Positions 24,387 through 37,159 of a stretch of DNA of 64,000 nucleotides are shown here, in pieces. The DNA is from Lama glama (Eukaryota), in the NCBI GenBank assembly GCA_028534125.1, contig CM052816.1:2232001-2296000 (forward strand). The letters are read 5' to 3'. A model generated the notes under the pieces. It saw nothing but the letters and a program-made list of their open reading frames with translations. It did not search any database and was not told the origin of the DNA. Made by a program: the position numbers and the translations under genes. Every line of letters begins with the position of its first letter. Within the stretch, counting starts at the first letter, position 1.

Positions 24387-26064
24387 TTGTAAATCCTCGC
24401 CACTAATTATGTCCTTCTATCACAGCCCAACTGTGAGCTCTGAGGCTGTGGATGCTTTTCAAATTGGTCGTGTTCGTCCTTTCAGGCTGAGAACACTTTC
24501 CAGAAATGCCTAAGATGTGAGGGACCGTGGCCAGGGGAAGAGATAAACTCCTTAAAGTCCGTGGCCAGTAATAGGGGCGCCACATGCTCTCCCCCTGGGG
24601 TCCGCGAGATAGAGCCACAGCCTCGTGTCATTTCACCTCCCACTGCGGGAAGGGGGGAGAGAATTTGCTTCATCTGTAGAGAAGCCCCTCCGTGACCTCA
24701 CTTCTCCCCTTCCTGCCTTCCCCACCTCTCAGACAGGACTGCGGGGCTTTGAGTCAGGGCAGGTCCTCTCTCAGCCGTGCGTTTTAACATCAGGGAAGGA
24801 GAAGAGGTCGGCCGGGTGGTGAGACGCCTTTGGCGCACACGGGGTCAGCCTCCTCGGCCCGCCCTGCGGCAGCCCTGGTATTTTGGCTGACTGATGGGTA
24901 TCATTTTTCACACAGATGAACTGTACTCTGCAACTTTTTCTGTGCACCAGGAGCCCAGAAGTGTTGACACCGAAAATAAAGTTTTCTCTTTCTCGCTGCT
25001 TTGGTCCCCTGTTTTCAAGGGAGACCTGTTTTTCACGGCAGTGGCCATGGACTGGCGTTTACCTCTTCACGGAGGGCCGCCGTGGAGTGAGTAGGGATGG
25101 CACTCCTGAGCCAGTCCCTGGCATCTCCGGCAGTCTGGGTTGGGAGACGTGCTTTCTGGTTACATATTTTCAATTTGAGAGAACCCCTGTACTCCTGGAA
25201 AGTCTTCCTGGCTTACATCGGGGCAGTAGATGTGGTCCTGGAGGCCGGTGGTCCTGCACTTCGTTGTCAAAGCAAAGAGGATGGCGCGGTCCATGGCAAG
25301 GACCCCTTCATAGAGGCCCTTTGCAACATGAGGCCTTTCCCTCTCCGCCCTCCGGCCAGTGTGGGTGGGAGCAGCTTGAATTTCACACAGAAGGGACCCC
25401 ACAGTTGTTCCCACACAGCTGTTTCCTTCACCGGGCCAGAGTGGGTCTCCGTGCCTTGAATATCTTTGACGAGGATCATCTGCCACGCAACCATCTGCAG
25501 GCATAAGTCAGAGCAACTTTCAGGGACCTTAAGACTGCAGATGGGGGTTTTATATCTCGGTGTCGGTGTGCCTTGATGCTTCTCCGTTCCAGCCTGGGCA
25601 TTATGAGAGCAGCTGAGAACATCCAAACGTGACTTTTCAGAATTTGGGGGCGGGGGGAGGTAAATCCTCAACCTGCTCAGCCCAGATCTGTTGCAATGCT
25701 TTGCATAATAATTAACGACGTACAAGCGGCTGCCTAATGGCCGGTTTTACTGTGTGCGCCCTTCAGTTGTGACGAGCTGGGGTCCTCTGTGATTTAAGCT
25801 GCCACCTCTCTCCTTTATGTCTTGGCCTCTGGGTAGAGTGGCTGGAGTCATTATTCTCGCTCCTTGGTTTCTTCTGTTTTTCTTTTTGTCGGTCTCAGTG
25901 AAACCTGTAGTTCTTGTCGGTTACATAGATCTTGGCTTCTTTTCTTAACCTTCACATTCAAAGGGAGAAGAATACTTTTTGTACGTGAAAGTCTCAATCT
26001 CTCTGAGGGCTGGGCAGTGAGCAGTTGCCGGGGATAATTGATGATGAAAATAATTACCCCTTCT

Positions 26065-26340
26065 TCTTCGCCGGGTGCTCTTTAAACGCTCCACGTGTAT
26101 TACTCATTTGATTTCTCGATACCCCTCTGAAGTAGGCGCTTTGATTTTCCGCATTTCACAGATGAGAACATTGAGGCACAGAGAGGTTAAGTAACTTTTC
26201 TAAAGTCACACAATTAATTGAAGAGGGAAGCTAGAATTATGGTGAAAGCCACACCACGGTCCCGGGAGGGAGGTACTGATATTCCCACATTTTACTGGGG
26301 TTGCTGAGGTTCAGGGAACTGTAGATATTTACCCAGACTT
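26065..26340 (-). mobile_element. MIR SINE plus a second MIR fragment
   Basis: 'catttcacagatgagaacattgaggcacagagaggttaagtaact'. Confidence 0.85.
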
Positions 26341-26914
26341 GTCTTATCTTTACCCCAAGATCCTGTCCAGTATACTCTACTGCTGTCTTCCTTTTAGAAT
26401 GTTCCCATTTCTACCCTTCGGAGGTCCCGGATTCTGTTTAGTTGTATAAATATTTGCTGAAACCCAGTTCTGGGTCCTGTGCCATGTGCTGGGTATGCAG
26501 AGATAATTTTTGGTTATTTTTACATCCTCGTATGGATTGGGTCAGATCCTGTTGGCTAATTCCATCAGTTTTCCTTCTGAGGGAGCCTAGTGGTACCTTT
26601 GGTATCCAGGACACATGAAAGCTACTCCTTATAATGAATATGTTTTGGTTGGTAAAATGCATTACAAGTAAATTCCTGAATAAATAATTTTGTTCTACAA
26701 ATGTGTGTTCGGTTCAGTTAATGTTCAGTGATGGGTAGTGTCCTGCATTAGACTCACTGACGAACCTAAACACAACTTTTAATAGGATGTCACTTCGGGT
26801 TTTATGACCATCACTTTCCTAGTTGAGGTAGTGGATTGCAAAGTTCAATAGCTCCAGGGTTGAGCTCTTTATTGGGTTGGCTTTTGGGAAGCTAACATCA
26901 TATTAGAAAAAATC

Positions 26915-27300
26915 ATGCAGCTGGAAGTCAAGACATGGGGATTATAGTTCCAGCTCTCAGAACCATTATAATGGTGTGAGTGTTGTCACGGCTTCTGATC
27001 ACTTTTCTCATACACACGATGGGGACGTTAGACTAAGGGATGGTTAACGTCACTTATAAAGTCCTATAATTCATGCAGAAAATACACACCATGGTGAGTC
27101 CTTTTGGCCAACAGAGTATCGGTTTAGTTCTGACTGTAGATAAATATCTTAATTTTACTGAGTCTTCGTTTTCTTGCCGTTCAAATGAGTTGATCATTGT
27201 GGCGTGCCTATTTATAGGACTTCTGTGAGGAGTCAGGGAGGTTCTTGGGGTATACGTGCTTTGGATAATCTAACACTGTATGAACATAAGATAGTATTTG
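26915..27300 (+). mobile_element. Two diverged MIR/MIR3 fragments
   Basis: 'ggaagtcaagacatggg...tagttccagctct' and 'ctgagtcttcgttttcttgccgttcaaatgag'. Confidence 0.5.
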
Positions 27301-28618
27301 TATTGAAACTTACCTGAAAAGTGTCAGATTTCTCACCTCCCCTCCCCCGCCCCAGAAAAGAAGACTGGACTTGGTCCTTTGGGCTGTTTCCTGTAGTTTA
27401 GAACTCTGGAATTCTGAAGGGCCAGTAGGCTCTCCATCCTGCCTGAGGTCAGTTTCCCATGGCTGGGGTAAGGCGGCACACTCTTTCCCCTGACAACACT
27501 TTATCAAACACCCCCGCCCCACAAAATGTGGTACTTTGTTGGACAAAAGTGAGGTTTTGAGTTACAATAATCTCTGCTTTGTTCAAAGCACCCCCCCACC
27601 CCTAGAACCTGAGGTTTTCTTTGTAAGCCAACAGACGTGCACGTGTCCCCAGGTTTACAGATACCTTAAAAACAGCCTGATAAATCACCCCCCCCCCCAC
27701 CAAATTTGTGCTCCACGTCTCACTCCGTCTCTCAGTGGAGATATTTTTAACTCCTACTTCTGAGTCCCCCCAGTTCCTTTAAGGAAGTGTGATCTGAAAG
27801 GGTCAGACATTTGGCATCGACTTGGAGGAAAGATTTGAAAGAATTCCTGGTGCTCCCCCTGGGGTAAGGGCTGGCTTCCCCCGAAAGAACTAGCCCTTCA
27901 GAGTGTCTTTGCCACATAAGGGCTTGTGCAAGGCCCCAGGCACCAGTTGACGCCGTCTCTTCCCCATGACAGATGGTCAGGCTTTCAATTTCAGCAAGCA
28001 ATCCACTGTCGAGAGGACGGGCAGGGGAGTCTGCCAGCCTGCCAAGTGACAGGGCAGCTTCGGGTAACGGGGATCCAGTGTGTGCCCGACATAGCTTTTG
28101 TGCTAATGATGGGCTGGTGACAGGCGCCGCGCCCTGGCGCATCGCTAAGGCAGAAGATCCCCTGCTCCCTTGATTCCGGTCCTCCCTGGCAGAGCTAGCG
28201 TCCTGTTTGCCTGTCTTTTCAAAATCCATTTTGGCACCAGATGGACCCCCTCGTGGTGGCCAGCAGTTGTCTGACTTGAAGATGTCAGAGGGTGTGCTGA
28301 CAGCTCCTTCTAACACAACCTGAATCTGGCTGTCGGGTCTGGGCTCCAATGGCTTAAAAACACAGAGGCGGCAAATATTGTCAACCCTGGGGAACCGGGG
28401 AGGGAGGTACCCACTGGACAGAAAAAGGCGGTAAGGTCTCCCTCCACAATATTCACGTTGCTGATATGTGGAAATGGTAGTGCTAATAATTTGTCTTATT
28501 CTTACGATGACTCTTATTTACTCGTATTTGTGCAATTGCCATTGTAGTGCAACTGCTGCCGATGGTACAGTTAATATTCATATCAATACTGCACTACTTC
28601 TCTTATTGTTTAAACTGC

Positions 28619-28820
28619 TGTGGCATAATGGTTAAGAGCACAGGCTGCGTCTGAATTTGAGTGCTAGATGCACATTTGCTAACCTTGGGGCAAGGTATTT
28701 AACGTCCTGGAACCTCAGTTTCCTCATCTATGAAATGGGACTAATAGAGATTATTCAGAAGAGTTGAATGGGAAAATGTACTTGGAGTTCTTCGTGTTCA
28801 GAGCACGAGGTCAGCACCTC
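28619..28820 (+). mobile_element. MIR SINE
   Basis: 'gtggcataatggttaagagcacaggct...cctcagtttcctcatctatgaaatggg'. Confidence 0.9.
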
Positions 28821-28864
28821 ATACTCGGAAGACATCAGGACTATGACCGCCACCATCACCATGC

Positions 28865-29070
28865 TCACCATGTGCCAGGCTCTATCCGTCATTGCCGTTA
28901 ATTTTCACAAATGCCTGAAAACGTAGGGGCTGGTGTTATACCCAGTTTACAGATAAGGAAAGCGTGCTGCAGGGAAGTTCAGCTACTTATCAAAGCCACA
29001 CAGCAGTAGAGTTTGGATAGGAACCCCATGCTGGGTATTTCTAAGGATGGTGGCTTTTCTACCATACGAC
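28865..29070 (-). mobile_element. MIR SINE
   Basis: 'atgtgccaggctct...cccagtttacagataaggaaa...aaagccacacagc'. Confidence 0.8.
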
Positions 29071-30985
29071 ACCGACTCTGACTATCAAATTAGCAGTTAT
29101 CAGCCCTGACGTGGGGTTTCGGTGGCTTTTAAATATTCCCTTCCAACTAGCTGTGCTTGCAAGAAGCAGCAGTTTTCCCATTTCGGCGTCTTTGGATGTA
29201 GGCTGGACCCCCAGCAAGATGGCAGCCTCGCCGTCCCTGAGCTACGCCTCCTGAAGCAGTTTTGGGCAGCAGTCTGTGATCACTACGGAGCTCGGGGGAA
29301 AGGCACTTGGGATTGTGACCAGCCCCTCAGAGCCTGTTCCTTTCCCCAGACCGCCCTACTGAAAGTCAGGGGTCCGGATGGGCCAGCTGGGCTGGGGGAT
29401 GACCGTGCTGCTCTTGGAGCCGGATTTCATGTTCCACAGTTGGCCTTCAGCCATGTTCCGTGGTCCTTCGCCTTGTTCAGAAGGTTGATCAGCGTTGGCC
29501 TCTGTGGAGAGGACCTGGGAGCAGGGATGAATGACTGTTCCAAAGCCTGCTTTCATTGCCAGGCGGTCGAATGCTGCATGATGTTGAAAGAGCCATTTCA
29601 GGAAGAGGTTTACGTAATAATATATCACTTTGGGGTGCACAGAATCATTGTCTCTCTTCAAAGAGTTATTCCCACGCCATGCTTCCTTCTTGACTGATTC
29701 TAAGAGACCAGTGGGGAGAGGTTCTGCCAAGCCATCTCGCATTGGAGTATTCAGAAATCGGCAGTTTGGTGGATATTGGTGCTCTGCCCTCATTACAGAG
29801 GACCCTGGTGTTCTTTGGTTGATAGAAAGACTTGGTACCCAGAGTTAAACCCAGACTTGAGGCATCCTGGCGTGATGGTTCTTCACAAATTATGTGTACT
29901 GAGGTGAGGGTTTTACTCCAGTGTAGACTTGAAGTGGGGGAAAGGTGAAGACAAGAAGACAATTCTGCTAAGAATTTAATTGACCAACATTTTACTGCGT
30001 TCTGATATTTCGGGAAAATATTTGGGCCTGAAATCCACAGCCCTAAAAGTTGAAAGGAAGGAAGAACTTTCGGTGGCTTTTAAAGTGCTTCTTTTCCCAA
30101 ATGTAGGCAGGCGGGGAGGTTTAATTGCAGCTGGACGGCAAGAATACCCTAAAAGGACACTTGATCTTGGCTGCCTTTTGAGGATGGGCCTTAAGAACTG
30201 CCACCTAAGAAATAGTCCAGAAAGTTATAGCAATATCTCATTTAACTTGTCACCCAGACCAGGGCACTTTTGAGAGTTAAAGTGGGTACTATTAATACTT
30301 ACACTGATACACTGGTGTAGACTAGAATTGTTCCTGGCAAACTGGGACCTTTGGTCACCCTAGCAAGTAAAACCCATGGATATCACTCTAGAACTAATTC
30401 AGAGACCAACTTGGCAGTGGGGCAGGACATTCCTTATTCAGTCACAAGCAGCTTTGTCGGCAGCAGACATGTAAGGAGACACACAAAAATTAAAAAAGAC
30501 AAAGGACTTTGGTCAGTATGCGAGTCTCACCCCTTCTCATAAGCACTACAATTTAGATTATTTTATTTCGAGATGCTAAGATAGAAAGTGTTTACCATCT
30601 CCTCCTCTTCATCCAGCGTGTATTTTGCTGGCTCATCATCTGTGAATTTATGGGGCTTAAATTACATGTTGTCGTTGGGGACCAAGAGTAATTCTCAGGC
30701 AATTATCTCCTTAAATTATGGTGAAGACTTACCCTCTGTTTGAGTGAAAATACTTCCTTGGGGGTTTAATTCTTCTGTGAGATCTGTTGGCAGCACTGAG
30801 GGCGTTCCCTTAATAAAGAAGGCCCAGTTTGGATGCAAAACAAAGGCTAAAGCTTAAACAAAATATTCTAACACCATTCTTTCTGATTATTTCAGAAAAC
30901 GCCCAGAGAACAGAACGCATGACCCAGAAGTGACTTACCGCTTTTTTTTGTTGTTTTTTTAACCCTCTGTGTCAGGACTGAAATG

Positions 30986-31117
30986 NNNNNNNNNNNNNNN
31001 NNNNNNNNNNNNNNNNNNNNNNNNNNNNNNNNNNNNNNNNNNNNNNNNNNNNNNNNNNNNNNNNNNNNNNNNNNNNNNNNNNNNNNNNNNNNNNNNNNNN
31101 NNNNNNNNNNNNNNNNN
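30986..31117 (+). other. EBF1: N-run probably hiding the ~82-bp EBF1 exon ([28 protein letters not shown])
   Basis: I did not find the exon in the readable sequence. This 132-nt N-run is ~14 kb upstream of the visible exon, is long enough, and follows a long T-rich tract (30941-30975). Inference only. Confidence 0.6.
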
Positions 31118-31327
31118 AAACCTCAATAATGACATGAGTCTCAGGAGAGGGTAAAAAGTCTTAGGCAGATGAAGACAGAGTACCGTTTTCCCAGAGGTGA
31201 AGAGCAGGTGAGGCTCCTGGTCCCCAGGTGTCCATACCGTAAGAGCTGTTTATATTAGAGAAGAAATAGGACTGAACCACCTGTGTGCTCTGGGTGATGC
31301 AGTGATGCCTTTGAACCTGTTTGACTT

Positions 31328-31461
31328 TTTAAAAAAAAATATATAAGTGAAGTAATTAGGTTTACTTACTCCTTTTATTTTTGGAGGATGCACTGGGGAT
31401 TGAACCCAGGACCTTCTGGAGGCTAAGCACACGCTCTACCACTTGAGCTATACCCTTCCCC
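31328..31461 (-). mobile_element. Camelid tRNA-derived SINE (Vic-1-like)
   Basis: Reverse complement GGGGAAGGGTATAGCTCAAGTGGTAGAGCGTGTGCTTAGC...GGTCCTGGGTTCAATCCCCAG (Pol III A/B boxes) followed by AAACCTAATTAC. Degenerate TSD acctgtttgactt (31315-31327) / acctagtttggctt (31462-31475). Confidence 0.88.
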
Positions 31462-31896
31462 ACCTAGTTTGGCTTCTCAGAGGCTTAAGCCACTGCAGGT
31501 TATGTGAAATACATAGTAATGATGACTCCTTTGCCTAAAGTTCTGCAAGTAGAAAATTGGTAACTCGGAGCTTTGTGCTGTTTTGGAATTGGGTCACCGT
31601 CCTTCTTCCTGTCTCTACGTTCTTGCTCAATCTTGGATGTTGTTAGCAGCAATTATCTACTAAAAATGGGCCCCTGAAGAAGCAGGGCGTATCTAGGGCT
31701 ATGTGGGTGACAGTCTGTTTCAGAAATGTCCTTGTGGAGCACACGTAAAAGTTTCCTAATCCACCACCATTCAGAGCATATATTAACCGCGTATAATTAC
31801 ACATTTACTAAAGGAAAAAGATGTGAAAACACATGGGTTAACTTTCCAGACACAGAATGGTGGTTAAGTTTTAGCAAAGGTTGCTGAGTTCTAGAT

Positions 31897-32042
31897 GCAT
31901 GCTTCTCAAACTCCGAAGTGCTGAGAATCCTCCAGGGGTCTTATTAAAATGCTAACTGAGGTCTGGGGTGGGCCTGGAATTCTACTTTCTAACAAGCTCC
32001 CAAGTGATGGCAAAGCCACGGACCACACTTTGAGTAGCAAGG
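31897..32042. mobile_element. MER5A/MER5A1 hAT-Charlie MITE
   Basis: 'cttctcaaact...ggtctggggtgggcc...tttctaacaagctccc...ggaccacactttgagtagcaagg'. Confidence 0.85.
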
Positions 32043-33285
32043 TTCTACACCCTTGTGTCGCTCGCCATCTAGTTTCATGGTTAACTCATTTGCATGGTCA
32101 ATGCTAGTTTCTCCATCAGAGTCATGATTCGTCTGTGGATGCCCACGGGGTCTGTCAGTGAAAACCGCGTGTATGTAAGGTGTGCTCCTAGGTATGGTTA
32201 GTCAGCTTTAAGTGCACAGTGAAATATATGATCTCTGAAAGGATCTTGACGAATCTTGGCTGCATGTTTTCTGATGGGAGAGAGGGAAAGGGTGATTCTG
32301 AGCACTGATTTTTGGATGTCAAGCTCTCTTTGTCTCCAAAATGATTATATTTTTTTAAGGTGAGGCTTAATAGTCTCATGAAAGAACCGATTCAGCAGAA
32401 GGGGGACTTTCTCTCTTGAGATTCTGAAGCATTTCTGTAAATCATTTGGCCTCACCACCTTTTGTCCTGATGGAGATGAATGGAAATCCTGAGTCCCTGG
32501 AAAATGTTTCTCCTGGGGAGCTTCTGACCCCAAGTGAGCAGACTTGTGTGCCCTCGTCCCCACCCAGGATGTTTTGTGTTGCGCTGGAGTCAGCGTTGCT
32601 GGTGAAACAACACATGTGATGCTTTTAAGTGTGTGTTGCTAAGTGTCTTGCAACATGAGGTCGGGCTTCAGTATGAACTGTGCTGTAGCCTACCTTGGCC
32701 TTGCAATGGGCTGTGTATCTCCTTTGACCAAGATCAGGGTAGGAACACGTCATATCCAGGCACGAATCAATTCATGTCTAATAAACACGTCTAGGAGGCA
32801 TGTGTGATGCCTTCTGCACACCGGGATCAACTTTGCTGTATTTCTCAGGGCAGCAGAGCTAGACGTGGGCTTTGATGACCCTCGGAATTTAAAGGAATAT
32901 GTGTGTAAGATTTCTGGGGTCTTGTTTTCCCTCACAGGACCTGCTAGTGAAATGTCTGAAAGCTTTGAATTACAGGAATGTAGCTCTTAGATGAGATGAG
33001 AACCCATCAGTCTGTTATTTTTGAGAGTGTCTAGAAAGCCTTATTTTTGCAGACAAATAGTTATTCTTCACCAGCAGGAGGGCTACTGAGATGAGGGGGC
33101 ATGAGTTAGACTTCTGGAAAGCCTCCGTTTCCTCACCTGGAAAATGGAGGGAAAATGATGATTCTGTTTATTTTGCAAAAAGACAACATTTTGCATGCAT
33201 AACTAATTTGCACATGGTACAATATAAATGTAAGCCTTTGGAGAAAATAGCTGTGATGAACTAAAGCTGGGCCATTAGTTCAGCC

Positions 33286-33510
33286 CAGGGTTTCTCAGTT
33301 TGGGCTCAGTTGACATGTTTGATGGGATAGTCCTTTGGGCTGGGGGGCGGACTTGTCCTGTGCATTGTAGGATGTTTGACAGTTGTCACTGGCCTCTCCC
33401 CTGTAGAGAACCCGCCCCCACCCAGTTGTGACAGACCAGAATGTCTCCAGACATTGTCAAATGTCCCCTTGTGCTGAGGGTGCACGATTGCCCCTGGTTG
33501 AGACTCACTG
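33286..33510 (-). mobile_element. MER20 hAT-Charlie MITE, full length
   Basis: 'gtcctgtgcattgtaggatgttt...cagttgtgacagaccagaatgtctccagacattgtcaaatgtcccc'. CAG...CTG termini; 8-bp TSD gttcagcc/gttgagtc (6/8). Confidence 0.9.
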
Positions 33511-35460
33511 GTTGAGTCCTACACCTGCTGACCTCTGACAGACTCTTCCTGGTGACAGTGCCACTGTCCTAAAGAGTACACTCTTTGATGAGGCAGGAGG
33601 GCTGCCTGGCATGGCTCTTTCTTGTGATTCTCCAACTGGTCCTACAGTGGGTGGACCTCTCTCAGTAGGGGCATCTACCTTGACCACCGCAGAGTCCGTC
33701 TCTGCGTTGAGGACGAGCTCTTCTTCTGTCGACAATGACAGATTCCTTAGTGGTGCTACCCGCCAGTGTGTGTTAGAATCCCGGGAAAGCCAAGGAGCAG
33801 TTTTCCAAAGGGGTGTTTGCCCCGATGGAACCTCGGGAGACTGTCTGCAGGCAGGACGTTGGAGCGCCAGCAGGTTCACTGGGCAGAGCATGGAGGTGCA
33901 TGGAAGGGGACTGGAGCGTTGTATCCGCTCAGAGCTGCAGTGTTGGTCAGCGTTCACTTGTGTGCATTTTAGAGAAAGGAGCTATTTCTCAGAAGACTGC
34001 CTGAGCTTCGCTGAATTGATGGAAGTTTTGGCCAGTTTTCCAGGGCGAGAAAGACCCCTTATCAGATGGAGCCTGCCTCCAGTGGCCCCTGGCAGCTCAC
34101 AGGACTCTGTTAGGAAATCAGCTCCCAGCTCTTCGGACGGAACCAAGATGAGGGAGATGCGCCTTCCCGGCAGCTACCCTGGCTGACAGAGCTGGGTGTC
34201 ACTGAGACACTGGTGGACAGTTTCCTATGAATAGACAGACAATCACCATCATTTTTCTCACAGTACCCTAATGGGGAAGCTGACTTCAAATATTTTGATG
34301 TCACTGCTGCCTCTGAGGGGGAGTGAGAGAGTGTGTCATTGCAGCACAAGAAAATTCTGTTTCACTCTATCTCAGTGTGGCTTTTCCCAGTTCTGAAAAC
34401 AGGAGGCCTGGAGGCTTCTGAGTGAAAGGGTGCCCTCCAGCCTGTTAAGGGGCTCTGTCCACCTGTCCTGGGCGGCCCATTTTGTATGATTACCAGGCCA
34501 GCAGTCTCCACGCAGCCATGCCCGGGCGTGTCTCCTCTGAACAGCACTCGGGGGCCTGTGTAGGTGACTGAGGAAGACATAAGAAAGGTTGCCGATCCCT
34601 TGACATGTAAAGATGTTCTGTCAAGCAAACTCAGCCTCCCAGCGGCCGAGCTTCTGGTGCGTAAACAGAGACTGCTTAATTACACAGGTCATGTCAGTTA
34701 CTGCGACCTTAGCGTTTTTCAAGAAATTAATCACTTTCTACAGAGCTCGGCTATGTTCATACTTAAAGGCAGTATGGAATCAACCTTGTAGAAAATCTGG
34801 TACCATCTTTTTTCCCTTTTTTTTAAAAAAAAAATTTACAATGGATGTTTTCTTTTGAAATCCCCAGACTGTGGTTAGGGTGACAAACTTGCTGAAATAG
34901 AGCGGTGGATACAGGCTTCATTCAGTTCTGGTGGGTGTGGGGACGTGGGGAGGAAGAGGGGGAAGCTATGGATGGAAACAGCTCATGACAGGCAGAATTT
35001 CACTGTGACTAAATGAGCCCGTTTCTTCATCTTGACACTAAAAAGATGCTAATGTCAAAGGACAGTGTTAAAACCATGTCACGGGTCTGGTTTTTAACTG
35101 ACGGGAGCGAGACAATTCAAGGTTAAGATTTAAATCCTTATCAGTAGCTTGCCTTCTTGGGGCTGGCACAGTCAGGCCAGTGAGGGGAGGAGCAGGCGTG
35201 GGGTACCAGCTGCCATCTCAGTGGATACCGTAATACCCAGAGTCTGGGAAGTAAAGCGACATTCCCAAATTCATCTCACCTCTTTGATAAAGGTTTCCCA
35301 CAGGCCATAACTCTCTATCTGCGTATGAATGTTAGATCTATGACTGTGTGTGAACATAAATGCAAGACACTCCGTGGTATCTATTGACAGGGTAGATGGT
35401 GAGTGTATGAACAAGAGAGACAGAGTGTTTGCCCTAATAAGACTTATCTTCCAGTTGGGG

Positions 35461-35887
35461 TCTATTAGTTAGGACAATAATAGCTGCTGTAACAAATAGA
35501 CCAAAGAATATATAACAGCTCACATACAACAGAAGGTTATTTTTTGCTAACGTAATGGTGGAAGGCTGGTGTTCCTGGTCGGTGAGCAGATCTCATACAG
35601 GAAGTAATCTGGGGACCTGGCTCTTTTCATTTTGTGTGTCCACTCTGCCCTGGAACCTTTCTGTCTCCATCCATCCAGTTGAAGCGTAAAAACTGCATGG
35701 TCAGGGCACGTGGACTTATTAAAAACCTGGTCTTAAAATTGATCCTTGTCAAATCTGCCCACATCCTACTGGCTACAAGTCTGTCACATGGGCACACGTG
35801 ACCACAGAGAGGCCTGAGGTTGTCTAGTCGCAGACAAGAGGAAGAAGAACGTGGATATACGGGGGGAAATTACCATCAGCTGCTACA
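35461..35887 (-). mobile_element. MLT1I/J-like ERVL-MaLR solo LTR
   Basis: 'tattagttagga...gctgctgtaacaaata...ctgcccacatcctactggc...gtcacatgg...ctgctaca'. Confidence 0.75.
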
Positions 35888-35889
35888 AT

Positions 35890-36120
35890 GTGTACGAATA
35901 ATTACAAGTCATGAAAAACTTTAATTATTGCTATAAAGACAATGAAATGGGATATTATGAGAGAGAACAACAGTGTGGGGTGGGGTAAGGGGACCTACTT
36001 TAAAGCAGGTAACCAGGGGAAAACTTCTGAGAAGGTGACTTTTAATGTCAGAGCTAACAGTTAGGGATAAATCATCCCGAGAGGTGCCAGGAGCATTTTC
36101 TGAGCAGAGGGAACAGCAAG
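35890..36120 (-). mobile_element. L2 fragment (continuation of the L2 interrupted by the MLT1 LTR)
   Basis: 'cagggga...ctgagaaggtgactttta...cattttctgagcagagggaacagcaag'; L2-like sequence also at ~35390-35460. Confidence 0.65.
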
Positions 36121-37159
36121 CCCCAAATTCACGTTCATCTCGTGTTTGTCTGAGGAGAGGAGCATTCTTCTTTCACTTACTAGTCCTTTGGAGTGGAGGA
36201 CAGGAAATACGTGGAGAAACCACCTACTTATTCTTCCCAAAGTCCCACCAAAAACGTGTGGTCTTTTAGAGATGATGACATGGTAAATGACATTAGAAGG
36301 CAACTCCCTGCCTTCTTTGTTGTTTGGTAAATTCTATGAATTTTGGAGAATCCTTGCTATTTATTCAGAAGCCCTCAGAGGATCTGAATCAATGTTACAT
36401 AGGGCATGATTAGAGGATTCTTAAGACATATGCCCAAACTCTGCAGCCTCGATCTGCTTTTAAAGGCACTTAAATAAAGGAGGACATATTCTCAACCCTT
36501 TTATTTCCCTCCCACTGTCCCCCACCCCTGTGTTATATTGTTTTGACAAGCAGCACATCTTGCAATTAAATTCTTTACCAACAGAATGCTGGGGGCCTGA
36601 GCTCCAATCCCTCTCTTCATACAGAATAATTTCAAGATGCACCATGCTGATTAATTATACTGAAAGCAGCTCTAATGATAGTTTCAGGATACAGGATTAA
36701 TTCACATAACATGGTAAATACAAATGGTGGATTTTCAACCTGATATATTAAACCATTACGGCTTATTGGGCAAATATGTATCTTGGCATGAGCCCCGTGC
36801 TGGGCCTTGGCAGAAATTATGCATCACTGAAAAGGAATCCTTATGAACGGGGTTTGATGAGTGGTAGCTCGGCACTTAGAGGAAATAAATTCCTACATTA
36901 AGTACAGTTGCTATTGAAAGAAAATGTAAAGTACATGAAAGGACAGATGTGAAAGCGTTTGGTTTGATCGTGTTGCCGATGGATGTTGGTTCTGAGGATG
37001 CCTGTGCGTACCGCGACTTACCCGCAAGATATTCTTACATTCTTCCACTTTTGAGGTTGGACCCTACAGAGCTCTTATTATGTGTGAGACACTGTGCTAG
37101 GTGTTTTACGTGTATAATCTTATTTATTTTCCTTCCCTCTTTCCCTGGTTTGCTTTGCT

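Noticed and set aside
24916-25725. Overlapping 114-196 aa ORFs on both strands
   Set aside because: Locally GC-rich, stop-poor DNA with no homology I can recognise and no splice context.
28244-28262. CTCF-like motif (reverse CCACGAGGGGGTC)
   Set aside because: Mismatch in the core GGC and isolated; too weak without ChIP data.
27747-28349. 200-aa minus-strand ORF
   Set aside because: No recognisable domain, and composition is typical of GC-rich non-coding DNA. Chance ORF.
29122-29793. 191-aa and 145-aa ORFs near the expected upstream exon
   Set aside because: Neither contains EBF1 peptide or other recognisable protein sequence.
31380-31461. tRNA-like sequence here and at 62168-62240
   Set aside because: Pol III A/B boxes are followed by a SINE body, A-rich tail and TSDs, with no proper acceptor stem. 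These are SINEs, not tRNA genes.
33505-34186. 150-aa and 191-aa opposing ORFs
   Set aside because: Ser/Pro-rich low-information translations with no family match.
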